Shown: positions 20,550-31,146, counted from the stretch's first letter. The stretch: DNA of 32,000 nucleotides from Methanocaldococcus jannaschii DSM 2661 (GCF_000091665.1 NC_000909.1:1222961-1254960); one strand, 5' to 3'. Notes: generated by a model not told the origin, from the letters alone. Numbers and translations are program-made.

Positions 20550-21626
20550 TTATAAACTGTGGAAATCAGCAATCATCTTTAAATCATCCTCTAAACATCT
20601 TCCCTTTGTAGTTAAATAATTCCCAACCATTAATCCGTCTAAGACCATTAAGGCATAAGATTGGAAGTCTCTTAAGTTGTATATTCTCCCACCAGCCAAT
20701 CTAATCTCTGCATAAGGCATAATTATTTTATATAACGCTATCAATTTCAAAGCATCTGAGACACTTATTGGCTTAATCTCTCCATTTTTTATTTTTTCAT
20801 AAGCTTTAGTTCCTTCAATTGGATGTAAAATATTTATTGGAACGCTATCAACCCCTAACTCTTTAAGTTCAAAAGCCATCTTTATTCTCTCCTCTACGCT
20901 CTCTCCAAGTCCAAATATTCCACCACTACAAACCTCTAAGTCAAGTTTTTTTGCCTCTTTTATAACTTTTACTTTATCTTCATAGCTATGAGTTGAACAG
21001 ATATTTTTAAAGTAGTTTTTTGATGCCTCTAAGTTATTGTGAATCCTAACGTCCAATTTTTTTAGTTCTTTTAATTTTTCTCTATCCAATAAACCCAAAG
21101 AACAGCACACTTTTAAATTTGTTTCTTCCTTTATAAGCTCTATAGCTTCAACAATTTCAATGAATTCATCATCATTAATTTTTTTGCCACTTGTTACTAT
21201 ACTGAATCTCTCTACCCATAGGGGAAACCCCCTATTGGGATACCCCACGTCCATTAAGTTGGGGCTTTCAGCCCCAATTAATGTCCCACGTTCTATGGAT
21301 GAGGAAATTTTAGAACATTCATCGATGATTTTTTTAGCATACTCTAAAATCTCCTTTTTAGATTTTAATGGATATATTGGGATGTTGCATTTACTATAAA
21401 TTGATTGAGAGCAGAAAATACAATCCTCTTTGCATTTTCCACTTTTTGCATTTATTATAGCACATAATTTAATTTTGCTATTATTTTTTATCCTATTTTT
21501 TATTTTAAAAGCCAAATATAACAAATCTATAGCACTGAAGTTATTATATAAATAGAGGGCATCATCAAAATCTATTTTGTTCTTTAGAGATTTTTTTAAA
21601 AAAGTTTCAATCTCCATAAAAATCAC
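20550..21626 (-). CDS. bioB: Biotin synthase, carrying a 27-aa in-frame insertion
   Basis: Radical-SAM Cys motif KCKEDCIFCSQS, RFSIVTSGKK, CCSLGLLD, SVDSVPINILHPIEGT-like block, AGGR; adjacent to bioWFDA. The first ATG may be a few residues upstream of the true start. Confidence 0.9.
   Translation of the reverse strand: MIFMEIETFLKKSLKNKIDFDDALYLYNNFSAIDLLYLAFKIKNRIKNNSKIKLCAIINAKSGKCKEDCIFCSQSIYSKCNIPIYPLKSKKEILEYAKKIIDECSKISSSIERGTLIGAESPNLMDVGYPNRGFPLWVERFSIVTSGKKINDDEFIEIVEAIELIKEETNLKVCCSLGLLDREKLKELKKLDVRIHNNLEASKNYFKNICSTHSYEDKVKVIKEAKKLDLEVCSGGIFGLGESVEERIKMAFELKELGVDSVPINILHPIEGTKAYEKIKNGEIKPISVSDALKLIALYKIIMPYAEIRLAGGRIYNLRDFQSYALMVLDGLMVGNYLTTKGRCLEDDLKMIADFHSL
21209..21291 (-). 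repeat. Hairpin-rich element inserted in frame in bioB (approximate limits)
   Basis: Encodes GTLIGAESPNLMDVGYPNRGFPLWVER between SSIER and FSIVTSG. Contains TTGGGGCT-TTC-AGCCCCAA (21259-21277) and ATAGGGG-AAA-CCCCCTAT (21218-21235). Confidence 0.65.
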
Positions 21627-21676
21627 CCTATATACAATAAATAAACATTAACTTTTAAAATTTATTGGTGATTGTT

Positions 21677-22378
21677 ATGTATAGTATAAAGATGAGGGCA
21701 TCGAAGAATGGAAAACACATCTCTGGAGCTGAGAGAATTGTAAATAAAGATGAGATTGAAGAGACTGTTAAGGAGCTTGTAAGAAGGGCTTTAACTCATG
21801 AAAATGGAACTCCAGACTTTATAAATATAAAGATTGAAGAGATTAAAGAAGAGATAACATACATTAACCACTTGCCAATAAAAACAATACACTGTAAAGA
21901 TAAAGAAGAGGCAAGAGAAACGGCAAAGAAAATATTAAGAAATGAAGGCATCCCAGATAGCGTTATAGATTATGCTTATGAGATTATTGATAAAGGGGGA
22001 ATGAGAGGAGCAGCAATTTTAAATTTAAAGGGAGAGAGGTTAGAGCCAGATAAGGAGAGAGGAGTTAGAGTTAAAAACATAGATACAACAAAGGAATTGA
22101 AAGAGAAGATTTTAAAAGAAAATTTAGGGACAGAAAGAACTGTCGATGCCATTGCCATAGCATCTAAGGTTATTCATTTGGGAGTTATTGCAGAACTCTG
22201 CACATCGGATAATAAAAGCTACACAACTGGCTATGTAGCAACTAAAAAGGGATACTTTAGAATTACAAATTTAAAAAAAGAGGGAGAAAGTGGAGGAAGG
22301 GTATTTTTTGTTAAAGATGATGTTGATATAGAGGATTTAATCAACAAATTAGAAAACAAACCATTTATTATAAAATAA
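21677..22378 (+). CDS. bioW: 6-carboxyhexanoate--CoA ligase (pimeloyl-CoA synthetase)
   Basis: [22 protein letters not shown]..., [18 protein letters not shown]-type and HHK-type BioW pattern; the ORF track starts at 21665. Confidence 0.9.
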   Translation: MYSIKMRASKNGKHISGAERIVNKDEIEETVKELVRRALTHENGTPDFINIKIEEIKEEITYINHLPIKTIHCKDKEEARETAKKILRNEGIPDSVIDYAYEIIDKGGMRGAAILNLKGERLEPDKERGVRVKNIDTTKELKEKILKENLGTERTVDAIAIASKVIHLGVIAELCTSDNKSYTTGYVATKKGYFRITNLKKEGESGGRVFFVKDDVDIEDLINKLENKPFIIK

Positions 22379-22390
22379 AAAGGGATTTTT

Positions 22391-23509
22391 ATGTTTAGGG
22401 AGAAATTAAGAAGAGAGATTGAAATTATAAAGAACAACGGATTATATAGATTTTTAAGGAAAAAAGATGATGGAGTTTTAGATTTCTCTTCAAATGATTA
22501 TCTATGCCTATCAAAGCATCCAGAGGTTATTGAAGCAGTTAAAGAAGGGCTAAAATATGGGGCTGGTTCAACCGGCTCAAGATTAACTTCTGGAAATATA
22601 AACCATCAAAGATTGGAGGAGAAGATAGCTGAATTTAAAGAGACGGAGAGGACTTTAGTTTATTCATCCGGCTATGCAACGAATGTTGGAGTTATCTCTG
22701 CATTGTGCAAAAAAGGAGATTTAATTTTGAGTGATAAGCTTAATCATGCCTCTATCATTGATGGTTGCAAGTTGAGTAAAGCAGATGTTTTAATTTACAA
22801 TCATTGCGATGTTGAGCATTTAACCAACTTAATTGAAGAGAATTGGGGGAAATATAACAACCTCTTTATTGTAACTGATGGAGTTTTTAGTATGGATGGG
22901 GATATAGCTCCTTTGAGGGATTTAAAGAAGATAGCTGATGAATTTAATGCCATTTTAATTATTGATGACGCACACGGCACTGGAGTTTTAGGAGATGGGA
23001 GAGGAACATTAAAGCACTTTAATTTAAAACCTTCTGACAACATAGTGCAAATTGGAACTTTATCTAAAGCAATTGGTGGTTTAGGAGGCTTTGTCTGTGG
23101 AATTGAGGAGGTTGTAGAGTATTTAATAAACACTTCGAGGAGTTTTATATTCTCAACTGCTCTACCTCCTCATGTAGTTGAGGGTTGCATTAAGGCCTTT
23201 GAGATTATTGAAAAAACAGATATAGTTAAAAAGCTTCAAAAAAACATAAAAATAGCAAATAAAGTTTTTAAAAAATATGAATTTATTAAAGAAGATAACT
23301 TAACTCCAATCTATCCATTTATTTTTAAAGAAAAAACCATGGAAATAGCAGAACATTTAATAAAAAATAATATCTTTTGTGTAGGAATTAGATATCCAAC
23401 TGTTCCTAAGGGATTGGAGAGGATAAGGGTTAGCATAAATGTTGGGCATGAAAAAGAGGATTTTGAACTGTTGTGTGAGAGGATTAAAGAGGTTTATAGT
23501 AGTGACTGA
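22391..23509 (+). CDS. bioF: 8-amino-7-oxononanoate synthase
   Basis: 372 aa; DFSSNDYLCLSKHPEV, GAGSTGSRLTSGN, DDAHGTGVLG, GTLSKAIGGLGGFVCG. Confidence 0.95.
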   Translation: MFREKLRREIEIIKNNGLYRFLRKKDDGVLDFSSNDYLCLSKHPEVIEAVKEGLKYGAGSTGSRLTSGNINHQRLEEKIAEFKETERTLVYSSGYATNVGVISALCKKGDLILSDKLNHASIIDGCKLSKADVLIYNHCDVEHLTNLIEENWGKYNNLFIVTDGVFSMDGDIAPLRDLKKIADEFNAILIIDDAHGTGVLGDGRGTLKHFNLKPSDNIVQIGTLSKAIGGLGGFVCGIEEVVEYLINTSRSFIFSTALPPHVVEGCIKAFEIIEKTDIVKKLQKNIKIANKVFKKYEFIKEDNLTPIYPFIFKEKTMEIAEHLIKNNIFCVGIRYPTVPKGLERIRVSINVGHEKEDFELLCERIKEVYSSD

Positions 23510-23525
23510 TATTTCTCTTTTTTAG

Positions 23526-24299
<774 letters not shown>

Positions 24300-24304
24300 A
24301 TAAA

Positions 24305-25690
24305 ATGAACATTGATAAAAATTTACTTGAAAAATGGGATAAAGAATATATTTGGCATCCATACACACAGATGAAAGAATATAGAGAATCAAAAAACTTG
24401 ATTATTGAGAGAGGAGAGGGCAATTATTTAATTGACATTTATGGAAATAAGTATTTGGATGCTGTTTCATCTATATGGTGTAATCTATTTGGACATAGTA
24501 GAAAGGAGATAATTGAAGCAATAAAAAATCAAGCTGATAAAATCTGCCATTCAACACTTTTAGGCTGTGGAAACGTCCCATCAATTTTATTGGCAAAAAA
24601 ATTGGTGGATATAACTCCAAAGCATTTAACAAAGGTATTTTACTCTGAAGATGGAGCAGAGGCAGTTGAAATAGCAATTAAAATGGCTTATCAATATTAT
24701 GTTTTAAGAGGAGATAAGGGAAGAACTAAATTTATTTCAGTTAAAGAAGGCTATCATGGGGACACTGTTGGAGCAATGAGTGTTGGGGGGAGTGAATTAT
24801 TCCATGGGGTTTTTAAGCCTTTATTGTTTAAAGGCTATCATGCAAATCCTCCTTACTGCTACAGATGCAAATACCACAACTTTAAAGATACTGATGAGAG
24901 AAATGAAAAAGGTTGTGAAATGGAATGTTTAAATGAGATGATTAGTTTAATTGAAAAACATGCTGAGGAAGTATTTTGTGTTATCCTTGAAGGAGGAATT
25001 ATGGGTTCTGCTGGAATGATTCCATATCCAGATGGATATATTGAAGGAGTTGCAAAGGCATGTAAGGAGAATGATGTAATCTTTATCCTCGATGAGGTAG
25101 CTACTGGATTTGGAAGAACTGGGAAGATGTTTTTCTGTGATAATGAAGAGCTAAAAAAGTTGGAGAAGCCAGATATCCTTTGTCTTGGAAAGGGATTAAC
25201 TGGAGGCTATTTGCCATTAGCGGCAACTCTAACAACTGATGAAATCTATAACCAATTCTTAGGAGAGTTTGGAGAGAGTAAGCAACTCTATCATGGTCAT
25301 ACATACACTGGAAACCAACTTCTATGCTCTGCTGCATTAGCAACATTAGAGATTTTTGAGAAGGAGAATGTGATAGAGAATATCCAACCAAAAATAAAGC
25401 TCTTCCATAAAGAATTAAGGAAATTAAAGGAACTTGAGCATGTTGGAGATGTTAGAGGAAGGGGTTTTATGGTCGGAATAGAGCTTGTAAAAGATAAAGA
25501 GACTAAAGAACCCTACCCTTACGGTTATAAAGCTGGCTACAGAGTTGCTGAAAAGCTGTTAGAAAAAGGTATCTACATGAGACCAATTGGTAATGTTATT
25601 ATCTTAGTCCCACCATTGTCAATAACTGAGAAAGAGATTATTTATCTATGCGATGCGTTGTATGAAGCTATAAAGGAAGCTGACCTGTAA
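24305..25690 (+). CDS. bioA: Adenosylmethionine-8-amino-7-oxononanoate aminotransferase
   Basis: IWHPYTQMKEY, EDGAEAVEIAIKMAYQYY, DEVATGFGRTG, GKGLTGGYLPLAATL. ATG 24305 follows the ttgaggtgaataaa RBS. Confidence 0.95.
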   Translation: MNIDKNLLEKWDKEYIWHPYTQMKEYRESKNLIIERGEGNYLIDIYGNKYLDAVSSIWCNLFGHSRKEIIEAIKNQADKICHSTLLGCGNVPSILLAKKLVDITPKHLTKVFYSEDGAEAVEIAIKMAYQYYVLRGDKGRTKFISVKEGYHGDTVGAMSVGGSELFHGVFKPLLFKGYHANPPYCYRCKYHNFKDTDERNEKGCEMECLNEMISLIEKHAEEVFCVILEGGIMGSAGMIPYPDGYIEGVAKACKENDVIFILDEVATGFGRTGKMFFCDNEELKKLEKPDILCLGKGLTGGYLPLAATLTTDEIYNQFLGEFGESKQLYHGHTYTGNQLLCSAALATLEIFEKENVIENIQPKIKLFHKELRKLKELEHVGDVRGRGFMVGIELVKDKETKEPYPYGYKAGYRVAEKLLEKGIYMRPIGNVIILVPPLSITEKEIIYLCDALYEAIKEADL

Positions 25691-25932
25691 TAATGGACAT
25701 TAATTAGGGCTGAAAGCCCTAACTTATAACCAATTATCAAAGCTAAATTATCTAATTAAGGAATATTTAGAAGCCCAAAGGGCTTCTATAAGTGCCTTAT
25801 TTAATTATAAAACTTTGATAATTGGTTAAATGGACGAGTTTTAATGAAACTTTTTCTAAAAGTTTCGAGGAGATTATTTATCTATATGATTCCTTATATG
25901 ATGCTATAAAGGAAGCCGACTAGTAAATAATG
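25634..25932. repeat. Direct duplication of the bioA 3' end (25634-25695 and 25870-25932) bracketing a ~174-bp multi-hairpin element
   Basis: GAGATTATTTATCTAT....GCTATAAAGGAAGC(T/C)GAC....AATG in both copies, roughly 85% identical by eye. The spacer holds hairpins at 25704-25722, 25768-25788 and 25846-25866, and an enclosing 15-bp inverted repeat 25728-25742/25813-25827. Confidence 0.8.
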
Positions 25933-25952
25933 AATAGTTATTTTCTATTATT

Positions 25953-27134
25953 TTATAACACCTTCTTTATAGCATTCCAAACTAAAAAACTCTGAGGCTT
26001 TAAAATCCCTTCTATTGGATTTAAGAATAAGATATTTCTTTTAATTAAAAACTCTCTAATTTTTTTAGGTATTTTTATATCCTCTATTTCATAATCTTCT
26101 TTAAATAATTTTAATGCATCAACAACTTTTTTATAAAGTTCCTCATCTTCTTCTTTAACATCCTCTAAGAAATATTTTAACTTTTGAGTAGCATCCTTAA
26201 GCATAAAATCTAAAATATCGTTTAAATTTTCATATCTCAACTTATCAATAACTTTTATTATTAAAACTGGTTTTCCCCCTACATAATTATAGATTAACTC
26301 TTTATCTTCATTAGTTAAGCTCATGTTATTCTCTTTAGCCAAAAAATCCATAAATTTTAAGGCAGTTTCCTTATCAAAATCATCCACTAAGATATATTCA
26401 CCTCGCATAGAGGCAAAGCCTCTATTGCTATACTCCAGAGCGGGGTTGCCAAAGGCAACCCCACTTTCTATCTGGGGGAGTATACCAATAGAGGGGGCGT
26501 AGCCCCCTCTATGGTCATCCACCAAAATATAATCAACTCTATCCTCCAACATTGCTTCATTATAAACTCTCTCTATGAATAAGCTATCTGAACTTAGGCA
26601 GAAAACGTGGCATAGGTGTTTATGCTTGGTTAGAGATACAAAGTAATTAAATAGCTCATAGATTAAGAATCCATTAATTTTCATGTCTCCAATCTTTTGA
26701 AGTTCATCAATAATAATTATTGGTTGCTTTCCTTCTCTTTTAATGTCCATTAAAACATTGGTTATATATCTAAAAACATTTTTAGTTGTTTTCTTTTTAA
26801 AAATCTCGTTTAGAGTATTTTTTGGTATGGGAATGCCATACAATGAAGGTAAGTCATTGATAATTGCCTTAATTACTTCTATAGGGCTTTTATCTCCTTC
26901 ATATTCCTCAAACAAAACTTCAATGAAATCATCGTATTTAGAGATAAAAATCTCCCTCAAATCAAAATAAAACACAATGTATTTATTTTTATCTAATCTA
27001 TTGTTAATAATCTCATTTATTAAGGCAGTTTTTCCACTATTTATGGAGCCATAGATGAAATAAATCAAATTTGGTTCTCCTTCTATAATAGATAAGATTT
27101 TATGAATTTCTTTCTCTCTATTGAAGAATTTCAT
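25953..27134 (-). CDS. Archaeal P-loop ATPase (archaeal_ATPase / MJ-type), carrying a 45-aa in-frame insertion
   Basis: [43 protein letters not shown] (Walker A), [12 protein letters not shown] (Walker B), C-terminal winged-helix-like region. ORF track start 27155. Confidence 0.8.
   Translation of the reverse strand: MKFFNREKEIHKILSIIEGEPNLIYFIYGSINSGKTALINEIINNRLDKNKYIVFYFDLREIFISKYDDFIEVLFEEYEGDKSPIEVIKAIINDLPSLYGIPIPKNTLNEIFKKKTTKNVFRYITNVLMDIKREGKQPIIIIDELQKIGDMKINGFLIYELFNYFVSLTKHKHLCHVFCLSSDSLFIERVYNEAMLEDRVDYILVDDHRGGYAPSIGILPQIESGVAFGNPALEYSNRGFASMRGEYILVDDFDKETALKFMDFLAKENNMSLTNEDKELIYNYVGGKPVLIIKVIDKLRYENLNDILDFMLKDATQKLKYFLEDVKEEDEELYKKVVDALKLFKEDYEIEDIKIPKKIREFLIKRNILFLNPIEGILKPQSFLVWNAIKKVL
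26380..26531. mobile_element. Small palindromic multi-hairpin element with 17-bp flanking direct repeats, inserted in frame in the ATPase gene
   Basis: TCATCCACTAAGATATA (26380-26396) and TCATCCACCAAAATATA (26515-26531), 15/17 identical, 135 bp apart (45 codons). Inner hairpins TAGAGGC-AAA-GCCTCTA, GGGGTTGCC-AAA-GGCAACCCC, TAGAGGGGGC-GTA-GCCCCCTCTA. Confidence 0.8.
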
Positions 27135-27180
27135 AAAAATCACCAAAATTCCCATTATAAAATGAGAATATATAGTAAAT

Positions 27181-27687
27181 TTAATCCTTAATAATTCTCC
27201 TCAAATTAATTGATAACAATGAGCTAATCTTATTAATTTGCTCCTCAGAAATCTCAATTTTTTTCTGTAACAATTTTGATATATCAATCTCTATATATTC
27301 TTCACCAACATCTCTTGGATGTATTGGAGATATTTCATTAAACACAGAAAAAACTGGGCAGAAGTCATGGCAATATAGGCAATATACACATTTTTCTGGA
27401 TTAATTTTTGGTATTTTATCTTTAACATAGTTATCTGTTATTTTAACGGGCTCAATTGGAATCATCTCAATTGCCTTAGTTGGGCAGACGTTGGCACATC
27501 CCTCACAACCAATGCAGAGTTCTTCAATAACGGTTTTTGGAATCTTAACAGTTCCAGTTAGTATAGCGTTTCTCATCTCTAAGCTTGTGTATCTTCCAGA
27601 CCCAAAGATAATTCTCTCCAAATTTTCATATATCCCGGTTAAAAATATCTTGGCAAAGTTCTTTAGTTCAGCCAACTCAATCACCAA
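27181..27687 (-). CDS. ehbL: 4Fe-4S ferredoxin subunit, Ehb hydrogenase EhbL-like
   Basis: [16 protein letters not shown] and [16 protein letters not shown] clusters; directly follows the polyferredoxin gene. Confidence 0.7.
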   Translation of the reverse strand: MVIELAELKNFAKIFLTGIYENLERIIFGSGRYTSLEMRNAILTGTVKIPKTVIEELCIGCEGCANVCPTKAIEMIPIEPVKITDNYVKDKIPKINPEKCVYCLYCHDFCPVFSVFNEISPIHPRDVGEEYIEIDISKLLQKKIEISEEQINKISSLLSINLRRIIKD

Positions 27688-27691
27688 AATT

Positions 27692-29197
27692 TTATTCTTT
27701 CACTTTCCATTTTCTATGTAGATATATCGCTTTAGTTGGGCAAATATTGTAGCAAGCTCCACAGAACTCACATCTCTCTTTATCAATAACTCCATAATCA
27801 ATGCAATTATTTGGGCAGACCTTGTTGCAGAGACCACACTTTATACAGAAGTCCATATCAGTTCTAATAAATGAGTTTTCTCTATCAACAACCTTTTTAT
27901 AGCCAGTTGTGTTTGGAATCACATCTCTTGGGCAGTGAATAGCACATGTTTCACAAGCTATGCAATTATCAGTAAATAAAACCTCTCCATTACTTCTGTC
28001 TATTATTATAGCGTCTCTTGGACATACATTTGAGCATGTTCCACAGAGTATGCAGTTTTCATCTTTAATTTTCTCCAATTTAACTGTTGTTATTGATATT
28101 GCTTCTTCTGGACAGTTATTTATACAAATTTCACATAGAGAGCAGCCTCCAACAACTCTATCATCTACAGGACTTTCGCAGGAGTAAAGTTTATTATTGC
28201 CCATAGATGCCTTTGGCATCAAATTTCCTTTATGGATGTATAATCTGCGAAAGTCCTGTTTAATTCTTCTAACATCGTTAGGGCAGATTTTAACGCATTC
28301 CATACATTTCCAACAAACATCTGGGCTGTAATATAGATGTCCATTCTCAAACCTTAAAGCTCCACTTGGGCAGTGTTCAGCACACAACCCACAATTTATA
28401 CAATAACTTGTTGGTTGGGATGTTTTATCTTCCTTAACTTTAATAACTTTAAAGTTTTCAACTTTTAAAGCATCGTTAGGGCAGATTTCAACACATTTTA
28501 AACAGAGAATGCATTTATTATAATCTACTTCTCCATCTTTAATGGCATCTTTTGGGCAGTTCTCTCCACACAAATTGCAGGATGTGCATGCATCTATAGA
28601 ATCTGGGACTATAGTATCTCTTGGACATAAATAAGAGCATCTTAAGCATCCAACGCATTTATCTCTATCAATTTTAATAGATTTCCTTTCTACTTTTTCA
28701 ACAACTTTTCCTGGTTTTTCTTCAGCTCTAAATAATTTAACTTTCATAAGATTCTCTAAAACTTTTAAGTATCTCTCTGCTAAGCCTTCTCTCTTTGTGT
28801 TTAACAATTCATAAGAGCTAACTCTTGCATTGTAAGGGCAAACCTCAACACAGACGCCACACATTGAGCAAATTCCCATTGGGAATTTTTTTCCATCTTT
28901 CTCTACAATCTTTATAATTCCAATTGGGCAGACGTTGGCACATATACCGCAACCGTTACATCTCCTTCTATCTACATAATAGCCTCCAAACTCATTCCTC
29001 TTAATTGCCTTGTTTGGGCAGTTTCTTGCACACTCTCCGCATGTTAAACAGCTAAAACTTTTATTATTTAATAAAAATATTGCATCTGTTGGACAAGCTT
29101 CCATACACTTGGATGTTTGTGAGAAAGGACAGGATTGGCATTTCTCCTCTACCCTACATTCATCTAATATAGTTATAATCATCCTTCCTCCCCTCAA
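27692..29197 (-). CDS. ehbK: Polyferredoxin, Ehb hydrogenase EhbK-like
   Basis: 501 aa with many CxxCxxCxxxCP motifs, about a dozen 4Fe-4S clusters by eye. Confidence 0.8.
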
Positions 29198-29652
29198 ATT
29201 TGTTTTAAGCCATATTTCTCTTTTAAAAAGTCTTTAATTACTTCCAACACATTTTCAGCATCTTTTAAACATTCTTCAGCATCTTCTTTAGTATATTCTT
29301 CCAATGGATTCCAAAGTTCTCCAAAATACGGTTCTGGATACCTTGGCATAACCCAATGTTCTTCTAAGCTTTCTATTTTTGGTATTAGATTTAGTAATTT
29401 CTCTTTCCATGAATCCTCAATTTTCATCTCGTAGATGACATTCCTAAACACTCCTGAAACTACATGTCTTCTGAAAATAATTCCATTTAAAATTAAAACT
29501 GCTTTTACAGCTTTTTCAACACATTGTTGGGAGTGATAGACTGAATCTGGATAGTGATTTGTTTTTAGTAGAACTTTTGCCACTTCTAAATCCTCTTCCG
29601 CCCTTTTTATGAATAGCTTAGCATACTTTATATTAAATCCGCTATCTTCCAT
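29194..29652 (-). CDS. HEPN-domain protein, partner of the adjacent nucleotidyltransferase
   Basis: [48 protein letters not shown] and [18 protein letters not shown], typical of the HEPN family. Confidence 0.85.
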
Positions 29653-30071
29653 TCTTTCTCCTCATCGATAAATATTGGCTTTATTCTTTTAATAATCGGT
29701 TTTATTCTCTCAAGGTAATTTTTCCAGAAGTTATCTCTATCATATATTATTTTATATCCAGTTAAAATACCACAAATCAACGGATTTATACTCTTCAGTG
29801 ATAAATCCCTTGGCTCTACCAATATTGGAGAAATGTTAATCCCATATCTATAAATAAACTCTAATACTATGTCCCTTAAAACTTTATGTCTGTCAATCCT
29901 TCTTTTTGGTAAATTTTTAGCAATAACTAATAAATCAACATCTGAATACTCCACAGCAGTGCCTCTTGCATAAGAACCAAATAAAATAATTGAAATTAAA
30001 TCATCTCCAAATTTTTGTTTGCATTTTTGTAGAAATTCATCTAAAATATTATTCAACATTTTTTCATCCAT
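29628..30071 (-). CDS. Minimal nucleotidyltransferase (MNT / MntA-like)
   Basis: ISIILFGSYARGTAVEYSDVDLLVIAKN (GSxxxG...DxD NTase motif); overlaps the HEPN gene by 25 nt. Confidence 0.88.
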   Translation of the reverse strand: MDEKMLNNILDEFLQKCKQKFGDDLISIILFGSYARGTAVEYSDVDLLVIAKNLPKRRIDRHKVLRDIVLEFIYRYGINISPILVEPRDLSLKSINPLICGILTGYKIIYDRDNFWKNYLERIKPIIKRIKPIFIDEEKEWKIADLI

Positions 30072-30083
30072 TATTTCACCAAA

Positions 30084-30335
30084 TTAAATCATTTTCCCTC
30101 CAAATAACCTGTTTCCAATAATTATTCCAATTACTGCAGATAGATAAGAGCAAGATAAAGGAAGTAAGTCATAGTATGGAAATGCCTTTAAGAAATAAGC
30201 TATAACTACAGTTAAAATTAAGTATCCAAAAATATTTCCTATTTTATGCCTATACTTAGCTCCCATCAACACTCCAAACAAAAATGCAAGAATTGAAGGA
30301 TAATATAAATAGTTTGATAATATTGCATCAAGCAT
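30084..30335 (-). CDS. Small membrane subunit, probable Ehb hydrogenase component
   Basis: 83 aa, hydrophobic, between ehb-type genes: ILAFLFGVLMGAKYRHKIGNIFGYLILTVVIAYFLKAFPYYD. Confidence 0.5.
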   Translation of the reverse strand: MLDAILSNYLYYPSILAFLFGVLMGAKYRHKIGNIFGYLILTVVIAYFLKAFPYYDLLPLSCSYLSAVIGIIIGNRLFGGKMI

Positions 30336-30356
30336 TTAAATCACCATTATTCCAAT

Positions 30357-31145
30357 TTATTCCAATTTCTCCTCAGATTTGCTAATTTTTTCAATAATAA
30401 CCTTTTCACAAGACAGTAAGAATGCAGCAGTAGATAACCCTGCTAAAACCTTTAATCCAACTGCAATGTTTAGATATGGAATGATTCCAGCTGTTATGAT
30501 TTCTTTTGGAGCTGGAAAGATAGTAAAGCCATTAATTTCTGTGAAGTTGAATAAATAATATCCTCCAATAAACATTCCAGCAACACCAAGTAATAGATAA
30601 CCTAAAGCTCCCAATGCCTCCAACTTCTCCAAAAATTTATGGTCAAACCATAATGGGCTGTTAGAACCAAAGGCTATAACTGATAGTATAAATGCAGCAG
30701 CAATTAGAGCTCCTCCTTGAAACCCTCCTCCTGGTGTTATATGCCCTCCTAACACAGTTATAATTCCCAATGCAACCATTAAAACACTCATAGGAAATGC
30801 CAAAAACTTAATTATTGGTGTATATTCTCCCCAACCTTGAAGTGTTATGTAATCATCTGACTCTGGAGCGTGAAATAACTCTTTTAGATAGGTGTTATCA
30901 TATAATGATTTCCCAAACACAATCCAAGAGACCATAACGGCAACAACTAAGACCAAACACTCTCCCAAGGTATCATAAGCCCTCCAGTCAAATATTACAG
31001 CACACACATAGTTTGGGATTATATAGTGAGTGAGATAAACTTCATTAACTCCTGGACTAATCTGCATGTGTGCTAAACTATATAATACAGATGCCCCAAA
31101 TACAAAGAAGGATATGGCAACAGCTAAATCTCTTTTAGAGTTCAT
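30357..31145 (-). CDS. MnhB/MrpB-like membrane subunit of Ehb hydrogenase
   Basis: GIITVLGGHITPGGGFQGGALIAAAFIL is the characteristic MrpB/MnhB GGHxxPGGGFQGG motif. Confidence 0.75.
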   Translation of the reverse strand: MNSKRDLAVAISFFVFGASVLYSLAHMQISPGVNEVYLTHYIIPNYVCAVIFDWRAYDTLGECLVLVVAVMVSWIVFGKSLYDNTYLKELFHAPESDDYITLQGWGEYTPIIKFLAFPMSVLMVALGIITVLGGHITPGGGFQGGALIAAAFILSVIAFGSNSPLWFDHKFLEKLEALGALGYLLLGVAGMFIGGYYLFNFTEINGFTIFPAPKEIITAGIIPYLNIAVGLKVLAGLSTAAFLLSCEKVIIEKISKSEEKLE

Positions 31146-31146
31146 T

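Noticed and set aside
21627-21677. AATCACC...GGTGATT inverted repeat between divergent bioB and bioW, possible operator
   Set aside because: The two arms are the ribosome-binding sites of the divergent genes (GGTGAT in each direction), so the symmetry is expected.
26397-26514. Inserted hairpin DNA in the ATPase gene as an intein or an archaeal BHB intron
   Set aside because: Far too short for an intein and lacking splicing motifs; no bulge-helix-bulge at the repeat borders could be identified by eye, although RNA-level removal is not excluded.
27692-29197. Repeated Cys motifs of the polyferredoxin as a novel repeat array
   Set aside because: Multiple 4Fe-4S ferredoxin domains are the normal architecture of EhbK-type polyferredoxins.
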